Of a DNA stretch of 64,000 nucleotides, positions 9,376-21,222 are shown piece by piece. The first letter of the stretch is position 1. Every line of letters begins with the position of its first letter. The DNA is taken from positions 128,284-192,283 of the forward strand of contig CBFFRP010000185.1 in the NCBI GenBank assembly GCA_965644295.1, written 5' to 3'. A model generated the notes under the pieces. The model ran no database searches. It had not been told where the DNA came from and worked only from the letters and a program-made list of their open reading frames with translations. The position numbers and the translations under genes were made by a program. The DNA is from Paraphysomonas bandaiensis. Lineage: Eukaryota; Protista; Chrysophyceae.

Positions 9376-12300
9376 AGGTCGCAGAGATCCTGGAAATTAG
9401 TAAGGAGTGGGCTAGAGTAGTATGGCCGTCTTGTACTGTGCATACGCCAGTGCCATAATCCAGCAGTTAGTAAGCGTTCGATGGCACTGTCAATCGCAAT
9501 TGTACAGACAGTGTAGTTATTTTTTCCAAGGATGCGATCGACTTCATGCCAGTCTTCACCCGCAACTGCGTCCGCAATATAGATGCCCTTGTCCTCAAAC
9601 GTCCACTCCGTTTCATCTGTGGTACGTCTTTCGGGATGAGACCTCACCCAGGTCACCTGTCGTTTGCAATCTCTGCTGGCTGCGATGCTTTCGAGTAGTA
9701 CCCCTTTTGCACGGTGACCGAGAGCTCTGCGTCTTGTGGAGAGTGCTTCCTCAGTGCGGGTGCACACTGCCTGACAGTCTGTGTGGCTTCTTATGTGTTC
9801 GGGAATACGTGTTGAGAGTATAAGCCCCATGGCTGTGCCTATGAGTTCATATGCGTATGAGTCCAAACCGGGCACGTCACGAAAGGGTGTATCTAGTCGT
9901 AGTATTGTGGTTGTACCATCTTCCCAGGCATTTTCTGGGGGTAAGTAGACGACCGCTGCACCTCCTCGGTGTGTCCATCGGGTTCGCGGATTGACATGAG
10001 TGAGGCGACGAGTGGAGAGCGCACTGGCTGTGTATGATCCATCTGTGAAGATAGCCTTGAAAGTATCTGGTTGGACACTATTAAGGCCGAGTTCTTGTTT
10101 TAGGTTGGTCAGCATGTGTTCATCCTGTGGTTCGGGGGGCTCAGGTTCCTGAAGGGTAAGGCCCAATTCCGTTCCCCATTCCCTGAGGCTGAGAACATAG
10201 TGGTGGTATTGGGGCTGTGGCTCTGTTGTCTGAGTGAGTAGAAAATGTGCTGCTTGACCTGCTTCTCCCCCGAGGGTTATTGCGCGCTGTAGAGATCCCC
10301 ATTTTTGCTCCTGCGCTGAGTCTGTGAAACGTTTCATACCTAATCCGTTGTGCTTGAGTGAGAGGTAGATCAGTTCCGTGGGGTATCCAGGGCCTAGACT
10401 GAGGGCCTTTCTGTAGAGGGTTGCGCAAGCAGCGTCAATTTCTCTGTACCAGTGTAGCGGCCATGAAGCTTTGGTGGCTCTATATAGAGCAAAGTCGGTA
10501 TGATTTGGGTCTCGATAACCATGACTTTACAGCCGGCTGAGGCCTGTTTGATCCCTAGGTGTGTGGTCACGACTTTCAGGTATTTTAGACACCAGTCATG
10601 GGAGGCCTTGTCTGTGATTGTGAGAGGAAGGTCTGCTCCGAGGTAATGTATCGACTCTAGTGATGTTTGGATAGGGACTGGGTGTGGGCGCCATGACCAG
10701 TCGTAGAGAATGATGTAGCCAATGGGGTCGGAGGACTTGTTGGAATCCTGTAGGATCGGAAACACTGTGCAAACTACTTTGGGGATAGAGAGTTCCATTC
10801 CCGAAAGTACGCAGAACGCAGATATTTGTTGGGCAATGAGTTGGGCAGCGTGTATGGATTTAGCTATTGTGTTAAGATCATCCGCGAAGGAGATCTTTAT
10901 TTCGCCTGTAGTCGGAGTCGTGAGTTGAATAGTTGGTAACGTTGGACTCGTTGTTGACAGTTCAATGTCCAGCCACGTGAGAAGGATGTCGTAGAGTGCC
11001 ACCCAGGCGCATGTGGATTCTGTGCCCCCTTGGGTGATACCCCTTTCGGCTTCGAAACCCAGACTGAATAGTGCAATGAAGTGGCCGTCTGCGGACAGGA
11101 GGTCAAGGAGAGAACGTGGCTCTATGTTGTTTGCCATGAATGGTGTCCAGGGAAATGTTAGACCGCCGGCATCTAAGTTGCCAAACCAGTCAACTACATC
11201 GTCCGGAACGCCCAGTCGTGCCCACGCGAGACGCATGAGGTTAGGCGCAATTGAGTCGAAGGCCTTCTTGAAGTCCCAGAGTGTACATATATGCTGGTCG
11301 CCTTTTCGTCTTGCTTCTTCTGCAGCCGCGAGTACCCGTAGTATCGCTGTGTCCGTCCCGTTCCTCCAGCGATAACCATGCTGGGACGGATGCAAAACTT
11401 TCTGTTCCTCCCATACGGTAAGAATTCTATGAGTGATTATCCTTGTTAATATTTTCCTACTGACTTCAAGCAGACCAATCGGTCGGAGATTAGTGAGGGA
11501 GGATTCTCCTGGTTTCTTGAGAATGGGAGACATTACCCTGTCTCTCCACCAAATGGGCACATGTTTATGTTTCCAGAGAGATCTGGTGAGGATGTAAGCC
11601 TCTCGCTGAACTACCGGTGGCCAGGATTTGACCATGTTGGAGGAGACCATTGAGGGTCCAGGCGCGCGGTTGAAGGATAGAGAGTGAAGTGTGCAGTAGA
11701 ATTCATCCTGGGTGATGTCTTTTGCAAGAGTAGATTTGAGTGTGGCTGCCATGGCCGGAGTGGTCTTGGTACAAAGGGCCCGTCGTAACCCCAGTTGCAG
11801 GGGAAGAGGAATTTTCGAGCGGGGGTGGAGTGGTTCCTGGCATGTCGCTGAGCCCGGATCAAGAAGTGATTTCCACCATGTAGGGTCATCCTGGAGCTGT
11901 TGTGCTACAGGGTCAAGTCCAGGAGGTTTGGCATGATGTTCACGGAAGTGCGCATTAATGCCTTCATGAATGTCTTGCGGCGTTGTGAGGATGTGTCCGT
12001 CCGTTGTTTTCACCGTGGTAAGTCGGAGTGGTGTTTTGACCTTGAGACCAATTTTCTGAAGAATTGCTTGAAGTCTTTTCTGCTGTAGCAGTGCCTCCAT
12101 CTGCTTGGTGCGAGCCGTGAGTCTAGTCCGCATTTCTGTCCTGGCTCTTCCATGAAGAAGTCCTCTCAGTCGCAAGGCAATTCGGAGAAGGTTTTTCTTG
12201 GTGGCTTGCTTTGCGTTCCAACCCAGGATTACTCGTGGGTCCGCGTTGCGGTGGCTGCACCAGAAGTTGATGTCCGATATGCCTTTGATGTGACCCTGAG

Positions 12301-13036
12301 AACTCCTGAGATAGGAGTCCCATCGGGCGAACCATGCAGTGATGATTTCGTGGGTGGGGGTGGTTGCCGGGGGGCCGCGCCATCCATGCCGTTTGTATCC
12401 AGCAGAATTGAACATCTTTTGGATAATCCGCAAAACCATGAGCATTCCTTCCTGTATTACTCTCATTTCCGGGGAAAAGCCATTCTTGAACTTTGAGCGT
12501 GTGCGCTGACAACGTTCGTGTAGGCGTGTGCTATGTGTACATGCAGGACGCTTCGCCTCAAGCGAAGCCTGGAGGGTTATGTGATGGATGGCCGCTAGTC
12601 TGTTGGCTGCCACCTCAGGAGGGAGTATGGCAGTCGATCCGTTGTCTAAATGTGGTAGTTGTGCATGAAGTTGGAGGAGTCTTGCGGTGTATGCCTGTAC
12701 TGCCTTGGAGTCCTTCGGGTTTACATTGAGACGGGGGGGGATTCGGAGGTGCGACTCAGGTGGTCGAGGGTCAAGATTGACTGGTACGGTGAAACCGACC
12801 CAGACCGGTCGATGATCGAAGGCTGCTGCGAGTAATGAGGGGGAGTCAAGGCAGCCAGTGTCCGTAACAGACATGTTCGGAGGTAACGGCGTGTGTAGAA
12901 TATGATCGATCCGCGATATTCCTTTGTCTAATCTGTGGAAGGTATGATATGTTTTCCTGGGTAGGAGAAGCTCATGGAGTGGTGCAGCCAGTTGGAGTTT
13001 GTCGGCTGGGATGAGGTTGTTGTTCAGAAAGCTATT
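9376..13036 (-). pseudogene. LINE-A ORF: APE endonuclease C-terminus, reverse transcriptase, RNase H; +2 frameshift at ~10483
   Basis: SRIDHIL...DHRPV (APE end); LRPIGL, QHGYR, DFKKAFDS, GITQG, FADD (non-LTR RT); FTDGS...ELIG...TDCQ...WVRSH...IAD (RNase H). Removing one TA from ctcTATATAgag joins ORFs 10394..13060 and 9333..10337. Confidence 0.9.
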
Positions 13037-13269
13037 CGAAAAAAATAGAATTGAAAGCAATTAAATGGATGCTTTATAATAATAAATTTTGCTGTCTTCT
13101 ACTACTGAGAATTATTTATACATCATATATGAATATAACAAGAACAAAATTTTAAACATGCGCAAATCACCCAAAACTATGGGATTTAAGAAATCCAATA
13201 GTCTACAGCCTAAGCATATATAATATTATAATATTATTGGAATACGTATGTTTCCCTAAGATAGAACTG

Positions 13270-13858
13270 TCGCTCAACAAAGTCAGACTCTCACACCCAG
13301 AGCAGGGGGATAAGTACCGGAGATATTATATTTCTCCGGGAAAGTAATGAGAGCCACATGTATAGTCAGAAGATAGCGTTCTGCTCACTCATAGTCAACT
13401 GTTGTGTGGTACAAGGGACACTAATAAGTTTATTCGTCGGGTGATTGATGCCTGTTTATTCGTCAAGGCCCAAAGACGTCTACACAAGAAATACTTAATA
13501 GTGTCCCTTGTACCACACAAGCATTTGGCTATGAGTGGGCAGAACAACAATTGCTGACTATATAATATATGCGGCTCACGTTTGTTTCTCGGAGAAATAT
13601 CCCCGATATTTATCCCCCAGCCAGAAAATCACGAAAAGGTGCGAGGGTCCGACTTTTTGTTGAGGGTGAAAAGTCAAACATCCGGGCTGTTCACCTCAAG
13701 GACAGAGCGAAAGTGGTTGCCCCTTGTTGCTTGTGGGGATGCACAAGCAACTTTTTAGTAACTCCACATAATAGTTAAGCACTACTAGTTAATTAAATTG
13801 TTTGCTGCATTAGTTCTGATTCTTACATGCCTATTACTCATAATCAGACATTCACTAC
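13270..13858 (+). mobile_element. SINE-like element with inverted duplicated head; 12-bp TSD AAGATAGAACTG
   Basis: TSD at 13258-13269 and 13859-13870; head forward (~13270-13430) then inverted (~13447-13667); LINE-type 3' tail ending aatcagacattcactac. Confidence 0.8.
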
Positions 13859-14785
13859 AAGATAGAACTGCATTACTCGTGAAAGACAATATTGAAACAA
13901 TATATTATATGCAAACGTGGAAAAAAAAATCCACTTTTTTGACGTGTATTCCTTCTTGTTAAAACTAGCGAGTTACTAGAGTGCTATATTATTGACTAAT
14001 ATTGCAAAAATTAATATTATTTCAGTATAAAAATGAGCTCAAATAACCGTTTGATTTTTATGTATGTGAATTTGCTACAAACTAGTTCTAGCTAGTCATT
14101 GTATAAACTTAAAACCACATAATTACTTAACAGAAGAGCAACAAACATGCAATGCACACTCTACTCTTTTACTTAATGTAAAAAATTGTAATATGTGCGT
14201 AGTCAAAATACAAAATACTATCTATATTATATATAGATAACTATACAACGGGAGTATCGTGACAATTCTATATACGGAAGTTTATCAGTGATTGCTATCA
14301 GAATGCTAAAATTATGGTGGTGATGAGCTTTATGCGAAATGACACTTGTGAATGCAATTATAATAATGTATTAAAGTAATGTATCAAACTTTCTTCAATG
14401 TGGTATATAATTGCCATTATTGGATATCAATTAAATGTTGCGCAAGCCTGGTGAATACGATACTACTTGACGACGCATTGTTAAGTGATTAAGTTAATAT
14501 ATGATTTGACAATTTGTGTCATGCGTTAGTATTTGATTCATGTATAATACGTCACAGCAACGTTATTGATGTATGTAGTATTTCAATATATTAAGACACT
14601 TCACTTTCTAATACAGTTTAATACATCAGAACATGTAGCAATGTATTAACAGTCAACACAACGTCAATTTATGCACACGATGTCGCTTACTCACGACCAC
14701 CATACACTCTAGTTTGTATGAGAATGTAATCTTTATGGTCTTTTTTATATCTAATGAAAAACCATAACAGATAGGTATTTGAATG

Positions 14786-16300
14786 CTATATTGTGGTCGA
14801 CCCACGTGGATCGCACATAACTGGGTGCTCGGGATAAGTGAACGAACGGGCCTCGGTTCTGCGTTTCACAAACTGCGAGGTAAGCAATGTAATATTCGGG
14901 TACTGAAGAGTATTGTTCGCTGGGAGAGTTCGCATGTCATCGTGCTGCTGAGGAATGTGACTTTGGTGGTACTGATGTTTTTCCAGTGGGGCGGAAAGCG
15001 TGACTTGCTGACTAGGTACCCTTCGCCGTTTCCTTCGGTCATTTTCCGACAATATTCCCAAGGGGGATGTCAGCTGCGAACCTTTCGAAATATTGAGTGA
15101 AGAATTCCAGGATTTATAATCCTGTTGACTGTGTAGCCCGTGGATTGAGTCCTGGTGGTGTTGGTACATAGGTGCATGTAGCTGCTGCCAGTGAGGTTGT
15201 TCCTTGACACCATAGAGAAAATGTGGCCGTGAATATACATTCATATGTTGACCTGAATGGGAATAATACATGCTAGACGGTTCAGAGGAAGGCTGATATA
15301 CGCCCTGTACGTCCGTTAGTATGGTGCCCTGTGCTTGGAACTGAGGCATATGTTTTTGCAGCAATATATGGAGCCTCTCAACCTCGTGAGTTTTCAGTAA
15401 ATCCCGACTCTCTAGATCCAAGAGATTCTCTCCAAGCTTATGAGCGAAGTCTTCAGGTGACCGCACGATTCCCCGCTGCAGCATGCACTTGTAGTTTCCA
15501 TTGCTTAGTATGTCCTCAAACCCGTTAGGCCGGTCGATGAGAATAAGTGCAAACTCACATAGCCACAGAGCATCTGTCTCCGAGCGGGCATTGCGACTAA
15601 ATTTCCCGTTGGGATTACTTTTTGATCCTTTACTCATCTGTACTCGGTAAGTATCACATGCGGTCTTGTATATGTGCTTCGGATTTATACGTTTCGTTGA
15701 AGACGAGTTCTGTTTTAGAGCTTGTTGAGCTGCAACCAAAGAGGCAAGCTGATCAGAGCTGCCCTCCTCGAGTGATACGGTAATAGCTCGACCAGCACCT
15801 TCCCCTTTGCCTATACCCTTACATGCAACTAAGAGCGATTTAATATGTTCAGGGTTGGCGGGAACAATGTATACATTATTTTCACCAAGGTGAATTAACT
15901 TTAAAGGGATAGGGGGAGCAGCAGGAGTGGAAGAAATAGAGGGGGTAGAAAAATCTTCGCTTTGCAGCTTTGTATGATAATTCAATCCAGGTTTACCTGA
16001 ACCATTTGATGGCAATTCCGATGACGTTGTAGTCATAGTCATTTCTATATCATCAATCTCAACGCACATATCTGCAAGAAAATCCAACGCATCACTTGTA
16101 GTAGATGAGCCGGATTCCGTCTTGATATATCCACGCTTCTGATTAAACGACCCCGATGAGCCCTTCTTTTCAAGACTGCGAGATGAATGCTTCTCGGTAT
16201 GCTCAAACGTCACGCTCAGAGACCCAGATGAAGTCTTCTTCTCCAGTACAATACCACCCTTTCGCAAACTCGATTTATAATTCCCAACTGATTCTGTCAT
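14786..16300 (-). CDS. Hypothetical protein, possible AP2-like DNA-binding domain with Gln/His-rich tail (putative transcription factor)
   Basis: 504-aa ORF; KHIYKT..TYRVQM...KFSRNARSETDALWLCEFALI resembles the AP2 three-strand-plus-helix pattern; KRRR NLS-like motif. Confidence 0.6.
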   Translation of the reverse strand: MTESVGNYKSSLRKGGIVLEKKTSSGSLSVTFEHTEKHSSRSLEKKGSSGSFNQKRGYIKTESGSSTTSDALDFLADMCVEIDDIEMTMTTTSSELPSNGSGKPGLNYHTKLQSEDFSTPSISSTPAAPPIPLKLIHLGENNVYIVPANPEHIKSLLVACKGIGKGEGAGRAITVSLEEGSSDQLASLVAAQQALKQNSSSTKRINPKHIYKTACDTYRVQMSKGSKSNPNGKFSRNARSETDALWLCEFALILIDRPNGFEDILSNGNYKCMLQRGIVRSPEDFAHKLGENLLDLESRDLLKTHEVERLHILLQKHMPQFQAQGTILTDVQGVYQPSSEPSSMYYSHSGQHMNVYSRPHFLYGVKEQPHWQQLHAPMYQHHQDSIHGLHSQQDYKSWNSSLNISKGSQLTSPLGILSENDRRKRRRVPSQQVTLSAPLEKHQYHQSHIPQQHDDMRTLPANNTLQYPNITLLTSQFVKRRTEARSFTYPEHPVMCDPRGSTTI

Positions 16301-16958
16301 AGTACCACGAGCTCAGAGACAAATCCAATGCTATTAATGTATGACAGTAAACGGGACAGGGTAATATATGATACCTATAAGCGATGGGGCATCAATATCG
16401 TCCTATATAAACATTATGCATTGAATTTGCTCCGCTGTCTGTATGTATTAAAGTGATGCATGTCCATCGGCATTCAAGTCGCGGAATCGTCATCTCCGCA
16501 CACCACTACGCACGTACTTGTGCATGTTGTTGAAGAGATCATAAATCTATTGGGACAAACCCGGTGCTCGTCTGTACTTTCTACAACCTTCGCTGTGATT
16601 AGTCGTAAAATTTACATTTTTTTAGAGAAACTCATGTTTTTGAGGCGCCAAACACAATATCCCCAATTTTAATGTCAAAAGTAGTTGACTCCAGGCCAAA
16701 AAACGTCCTGACTTTCATCGACTTGCTGCTGGACATCTAGATCATCATTTCGGCGGCCCCTGATTGGCTATGATTTACGAAAGTTGGAGTTTTGAGAAGG
16801 AGTGTTCGAAGCCTCTCATCTCGAAGTTCTGTGTGGAATTATTAAGATATGACGCACTTGGTTCATGTTGGTATGATATACATAATTAAATTATGACACA
16901 GTTACACTTATAGTCAGGGACTGATAGTTGACCAAGGGAAGGGCACGGTACGGGACTT

Positions 16959-17732
16959 ATGACTTTAAGCAACTTAGTTTTAACGAAGAAGCAGTTGTGG
17001 AGGCGTGTTCAGCTGTCCCCTAAAAAACAGTCTCATCAAGAATTAACACCTAGCACCACTTCATCGGCGCAGACGAGAGACCGTTCCTCATCTGACTCTA
17101 GCACACTGGTTACCGATGGGGAGAGAGGTAGCAGCTCCGGTTATACCTCAGATGAATGTCTCACTCCTGCTAACCAAGTGAGAAGACCTCGATGTGTCAT
17201 GTTCTCCGATATTGCTCAAGTAGTGTTAGTACCAAGTCGGAGTGAATATTTCGAATGTGGGGCTAATAAAGATGTATGGTGGACACAGGAAGAGTTGCAG
17301 GGATTCAAGTCTTCTGCACAGTGCGAAGCTGCTTCTGCACTTCAAAAATATGATGGTGATATATACGCTACTCTGCATGCTCTATATCAGCCAGAGACTA
17401 CGAAACTAAATCAGAGAAATGCCTTGCATGAAGAGTTTGACGACGGTATTTTCAGTGACAGCTTCTCGAGCTTATCCAGTTCACTGGACAGCACCTCGAA
17501 CGAGTTTATACACGGCCCCAAAACCATCAATAGCCCAGCGCGGTATAGAGCAGAGGAGATCAGGACTGCAGCTGGTTTTTGTGCGCACCCAAGTAGTGGT
17601 ATTGGATTAGGTGCAGCCATGTTCGAAAGGCGTTTCGGTCCCATTCGTGTTAAAGGGTACACATCACTATATACTGAACAGCTTCCTCGTCCATTGAGAC
17701 CGAATGAGGGCGCCGTGACCGCCCTTTTATGA
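16959..17732 (+). CDS. Hypothetical protein with RVxF-like V-x-F...V..VP...WW...E...FK motif
   Basis: 257-aa ORF divergent from the previous gene; Ser-rich; CVMFSDIAQVVLVPSR...DVWWTQEELQGFK. Confidence 0.7.
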   Translation: MTLSNLVLTKKQLWRRVQLSPKKQSHQELTPSTTSSAQTRDRSSSDSSTLVTDGERGSSSGYTSDECLTPANQVRRPRCVMFSDIAQVVLVPSRSEYFECGANKDVWWTQEELQGFKSSAQCEAASALQKYDGDIYATLHALYQPETTKLNQRNALHEEFDDGIFSDSFSSLSSSLDSTSNEFIHGPKTINSPARYRAEEIRTAAGFCAHPSSGIGLGAAMFERRFGPIRVKGYTSLYTEQLPRPLRPNEGAVTALL

Positions 17733-18498
17733 TAAGTAGCACAATGAAAGTAGTGTCTGTACATTATTGTATTGTTTGGTACTATATTAGTGTGAGTCTT
17801 ATTTTTAGAGCTTTCTTTTTGAATTGTATTCTGTATGGATTTACAAACAGCTTAATAGAAAAATACATATAAAGATCACTTGGATATTATTCTGGGCTAA
17901 ACTGAATAAAGTTGAGAATGATAGAAGTTGTGTTAGCTATATTTGTTCTAATATAAGATTGTATAGCTATTTGTAACTTGATGTAGGAAGAAATAACATC
18001 ATCATTACATTATATACAATACGTTTAACCTCTGCTAGTGCAACTGATTGTATGATATGTTTATGATATGAGGCATACAATATCCTGATTTGCACAATGT
18101 GACCCAATCCTTGAAAGAACTGGATGCCACTTCCCTTAACTACCTATACATCATCAGATATGGTACTTAACCTCTCCTGTAGTAATGTTGAAGTTGTTTT
18201 GAAGTTCTGGCTGTAAAGATAGGACACTTGCACTGAAATCTTCTACATCAGACGAAGGATGGAACATAAGTTGGACTAATCAGCCCCGCTTAGTCGGCTT
18301 ATGATTGTGGTTTCTCTATAATTGTTTATTATAATGAATCCACGTACTAATGGCTGCCAAATCATAATTAAGATGGAACAGAGTTTCTGTTGAACTGAGT
18401 ATTGAAGTTGAATATTTGTATTTGCCATGTGCTAATATGAGCGCTCTGTTCATGTCAAAAAAAGTGGGGAAAGAGGTATACGACGGTAATATATTTGT

Positions 18499-18690
18499 CC
18501 CTACTAAATTTATCCGGCATTTCTACTAAGCTAGAAAGTTCTTAGTAAATTAAATATGGCAGCTGAGTCTACTAAATTTTTCTGGTATTCCTAAGTTAAG
18601 ATTTTTTTCGATTCTACTAAATTGAATTACGGTTCAGATGCCATTTATAGTTTAGTAGGAACACCTAAAATATTTAGTAGGAACACCAAA
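18499..18690. repeat. Cluster of CTACTAA(AT) motifs in both orientations, possible DNA-transposon remnant
   Basis: ctactaa four times on +, tttagtagg twice (inverse); no clear TIR or TSD. Confidence 0.3.
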
Positions 18691-19274
18691 CAAGAAAACA
18701 CGCTGTGAACAAAAGTGTACTAAAGTAAGTGTGTGGACATATAGGCATGAAAGCCACGCTGTGTAATTAAAATCAAAATCTAAAAACAAGGAATTCTTAT
18801 TTAACATTCAGGAATTCACGAAACCAGGGCTAAAAGACAAAATCAACATTTTCTACAAACTCCAAAATCAAATTTCCTCTTTCCTCTTGCAACAATTATT
18901 GAAATGAAATTCAATAACATGACAACATATCGCTGAAGAAATAGAGAAAGGTAGATCCATATATACATAGAGAACCCATATATGTATATACATATACATA
19001 AGATACACGTAGTGAACCCAGTGAAACTGCGTGACAAAATGCATTCATTCTTAGTTCTAGTTAATAAGCTCACATGCTCACCAAACCCACTACGCTTGCG
19101 AAAGAGTGGAATACCTGCTGCTCAAACAATCACAACTTTCTTGATACTCCTGATACTATCAGAAAAAATGCGATCATGATTACGAATACAGTGTCACACG
19201 CCACAAGCAGACTTCTACTATACTAGGCTACACAACAACAGTACTTGAATTGTTACCCACTTGCTGATTTCTAC

Positions 19275-19678
19275 GTATGTATGTATGTATGTATGTATGT
19301 ATGTATGTATGTATGTATGTATGTATGTATGTATGTATGTATGTATGTATGTATGTATGTATGTATGTATGTATGTATGTTTGTATGTATGTATGTATGT
19401 ATGTATGTATGTATGTATGAATGTATGTATGTATGTATGTATGTATGTATGTATGTATGTATGTATGTATGTATGTATGTATGTATGTATGTATGTATGT
19501 ATGTATGTATGTATGTATGTATGTATGTATGTATGTATGTATGTATGTATGTATGTATGTATGTATGTATGTATGTATGTATGTATGTATGTATGTATGT
19601 ATGTATGTATGTATGTATGTATGTATGTATGTATGTATGTATGTATGTATGTATGTATGTATGTATGTATGTATGTAT
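19275..19678. repeat. (GTAT)n microsatellite, ~101 units
   Basis: Seen directly; two single-base interruptions (~19381, ~19420). Confidence 0.99.
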
Positions 19679-19752
19679 CTTCAGAGTGGAATTGTATTTT
19701 TCTGTTAACTTTAAGAGTGATCGATTATCGATTGCAGGGCTCTGGGTCGAAT

Positions 19753-21129
19753 ATGGCGGAGTTCTTACCAGGAGATGATATATTAAAGGGCAGGATGTGG
19801 GCGGGCAGTGTATATGCGATGCATCACTTCGCTCCTAATTCCTCAGAGTCGATAGTGTTTCCCAGTCGAAGTAACACCCTGCGGTGCCCATATTGCATGT
19901 CGTATATAGGTAAAGAGGGCAATGTAAGGGCGGCTAGACTATGGACCAACACACATGGAAACACTCTTCTTGAGGTTAATATCTATAGAAGGTGTGCTGC
20001 TCTGTATGCATATGTCTGTATGATTGGGAGTTGTGTTATTTGTTCAGTTTGGCTCGATGTCATCAGTGGGACGAGGAAGGTGGACTTTGTTTCTATACTT
20101 GCTGGCGCTGTAGCGAGCCTCTCTCTGTAAACTCTAATGGGAAAGTGTTCGGCACGGATGAGGTGTAATAGTATTAGTTCAGTCTGGTCCTGCTGAAATT
20201 TTATCTAGATGTGGACCCCTGCAAAACTCAATGGAAAGTACTTGCTTTTAAAACAGCCATTCCGGATACTCTTCTGTTCGCTGAATTTAGGTGCGATATG
20301 TCTGTATGTCGAGCTGACCAGATTAGCTTCGGTGCTTATTGTATTAACTCATACAATGTATGTGCTAGATGTGCATGAAGCTTGTGTGAGTGCTCTACAG
20401 GCATGGGCCGCCGCACATCCCACGCTTACAATTAAAATAGACACCTATGAGCTGCCACTGGCCCAACTCCGGTCTGGTACATCCTTTAGCGCCCTCAGTC
20501 CTGCGGTGGATCTTGTTATCATTGCACACCATGCAGAGGTAGATTTGAACTTCGACGTGATAGCGCTTTTTGCACCTTGGGAAGTTTTCCATGTAATATT
20601 TATGTGATAGGGTCGTTTGCTTCTCACTGATGAAGACGGTCTTTACAACACGTTCATCGGACAAGCTTGTGCAGTTAGCATAGGAAATGTCGTGATACTC
20701 ATTACTAGTGAGGATGTAAATGAGACAACGCACGACATGGATCCAGACTTGTTGACGGAGTTAGTGGAATGTGGTCAGGAGTCAGCAGAATGCCTCCATT
20801 TACAACAAAGGTGACAAATCTTATATTTTCTATCATATTTGAATGTTGTAAACACATATTATGTGGCAGACTTCTCAGTTGCAATGATGTGTTTTCCGCC
20901 AACCAGATGGGTATGTTGGAGATGCACGTATCTCGGGCATCCAAACCATTAGAAGTGCCACCGGGAATAGCAAAGAAAATTATGACTAAGACTGAGGGCC
21001 AATCTGGTATTAGTAGTAGTAATTCGTTATGTCAGTTACTGTGATGTGTTGCATATTGGTATGTACTAGTAATATTCTTTAGAATGTAAGATAGATTGTA
21101 ACAAGTTGTTTAAAACTAAAGTATTGTGA
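19753..21129 (+). CDS. Multi-exon hypothetical protein
   Basis: ATG at 19753; chained short ORFs separated by GT-AG introns; probable last intron 21007-21082 and stop TGA at 21127-21129. Exon structure is approximate. Confidence 0.55.
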
Positions 21130-21222
21130 AATCTGTTTTTTCAATTTTTGATGCGTGATCACGAGTGTAAGCAACACTCAAATTTTTGTAAAAATGTGAA
21201 GTATATACTGGATTGTATACAA
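20998..21222 (+). repeat. 225-bp direct repeat, left copy (target-site duplication of LINE-A copy 2)
   Basis: Identical by eye to 22976-23200. Confidence 0.93.

Larger units (their letters stand above)
370..13036 (-). mobile_element. Non-LTR retrotransposon (LINE subfamily A, APE-RT-RNase H-CCHC type), 5'-truncated, interrupted by a Gypsy element at 1665-9375
   Basis: Sequence on both sides of the Gypsy element joins to give the uninterrupted copy at 21223-22978 (ccttAGGTcgcag). The 3' UTR matches that copy down to ~370. Domain order is APE C-terminus, RT, RNase H, C-x2-C-x8-H-x4-C. The 5' boundary is approximate. Confidence 0.92.

Noticed and set aside
13037-13257. TSD or intact 5' end for LINE-A copy 1
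   Set aside because: Sequence beyond ~13036 is AT-rich and does not match 1-369; the first residues of ORF 10394..13060 are probably flanking DNA.
13520-13660. tRNA gene
   Set aside because: A/B-box-like strings are ~110 bp apart and imperfect, with no cloverleaf.
19245-19778. MYVC-repeat proteins
   Set aside because: Translation artefacts of the (GTAT)n microsatellite.
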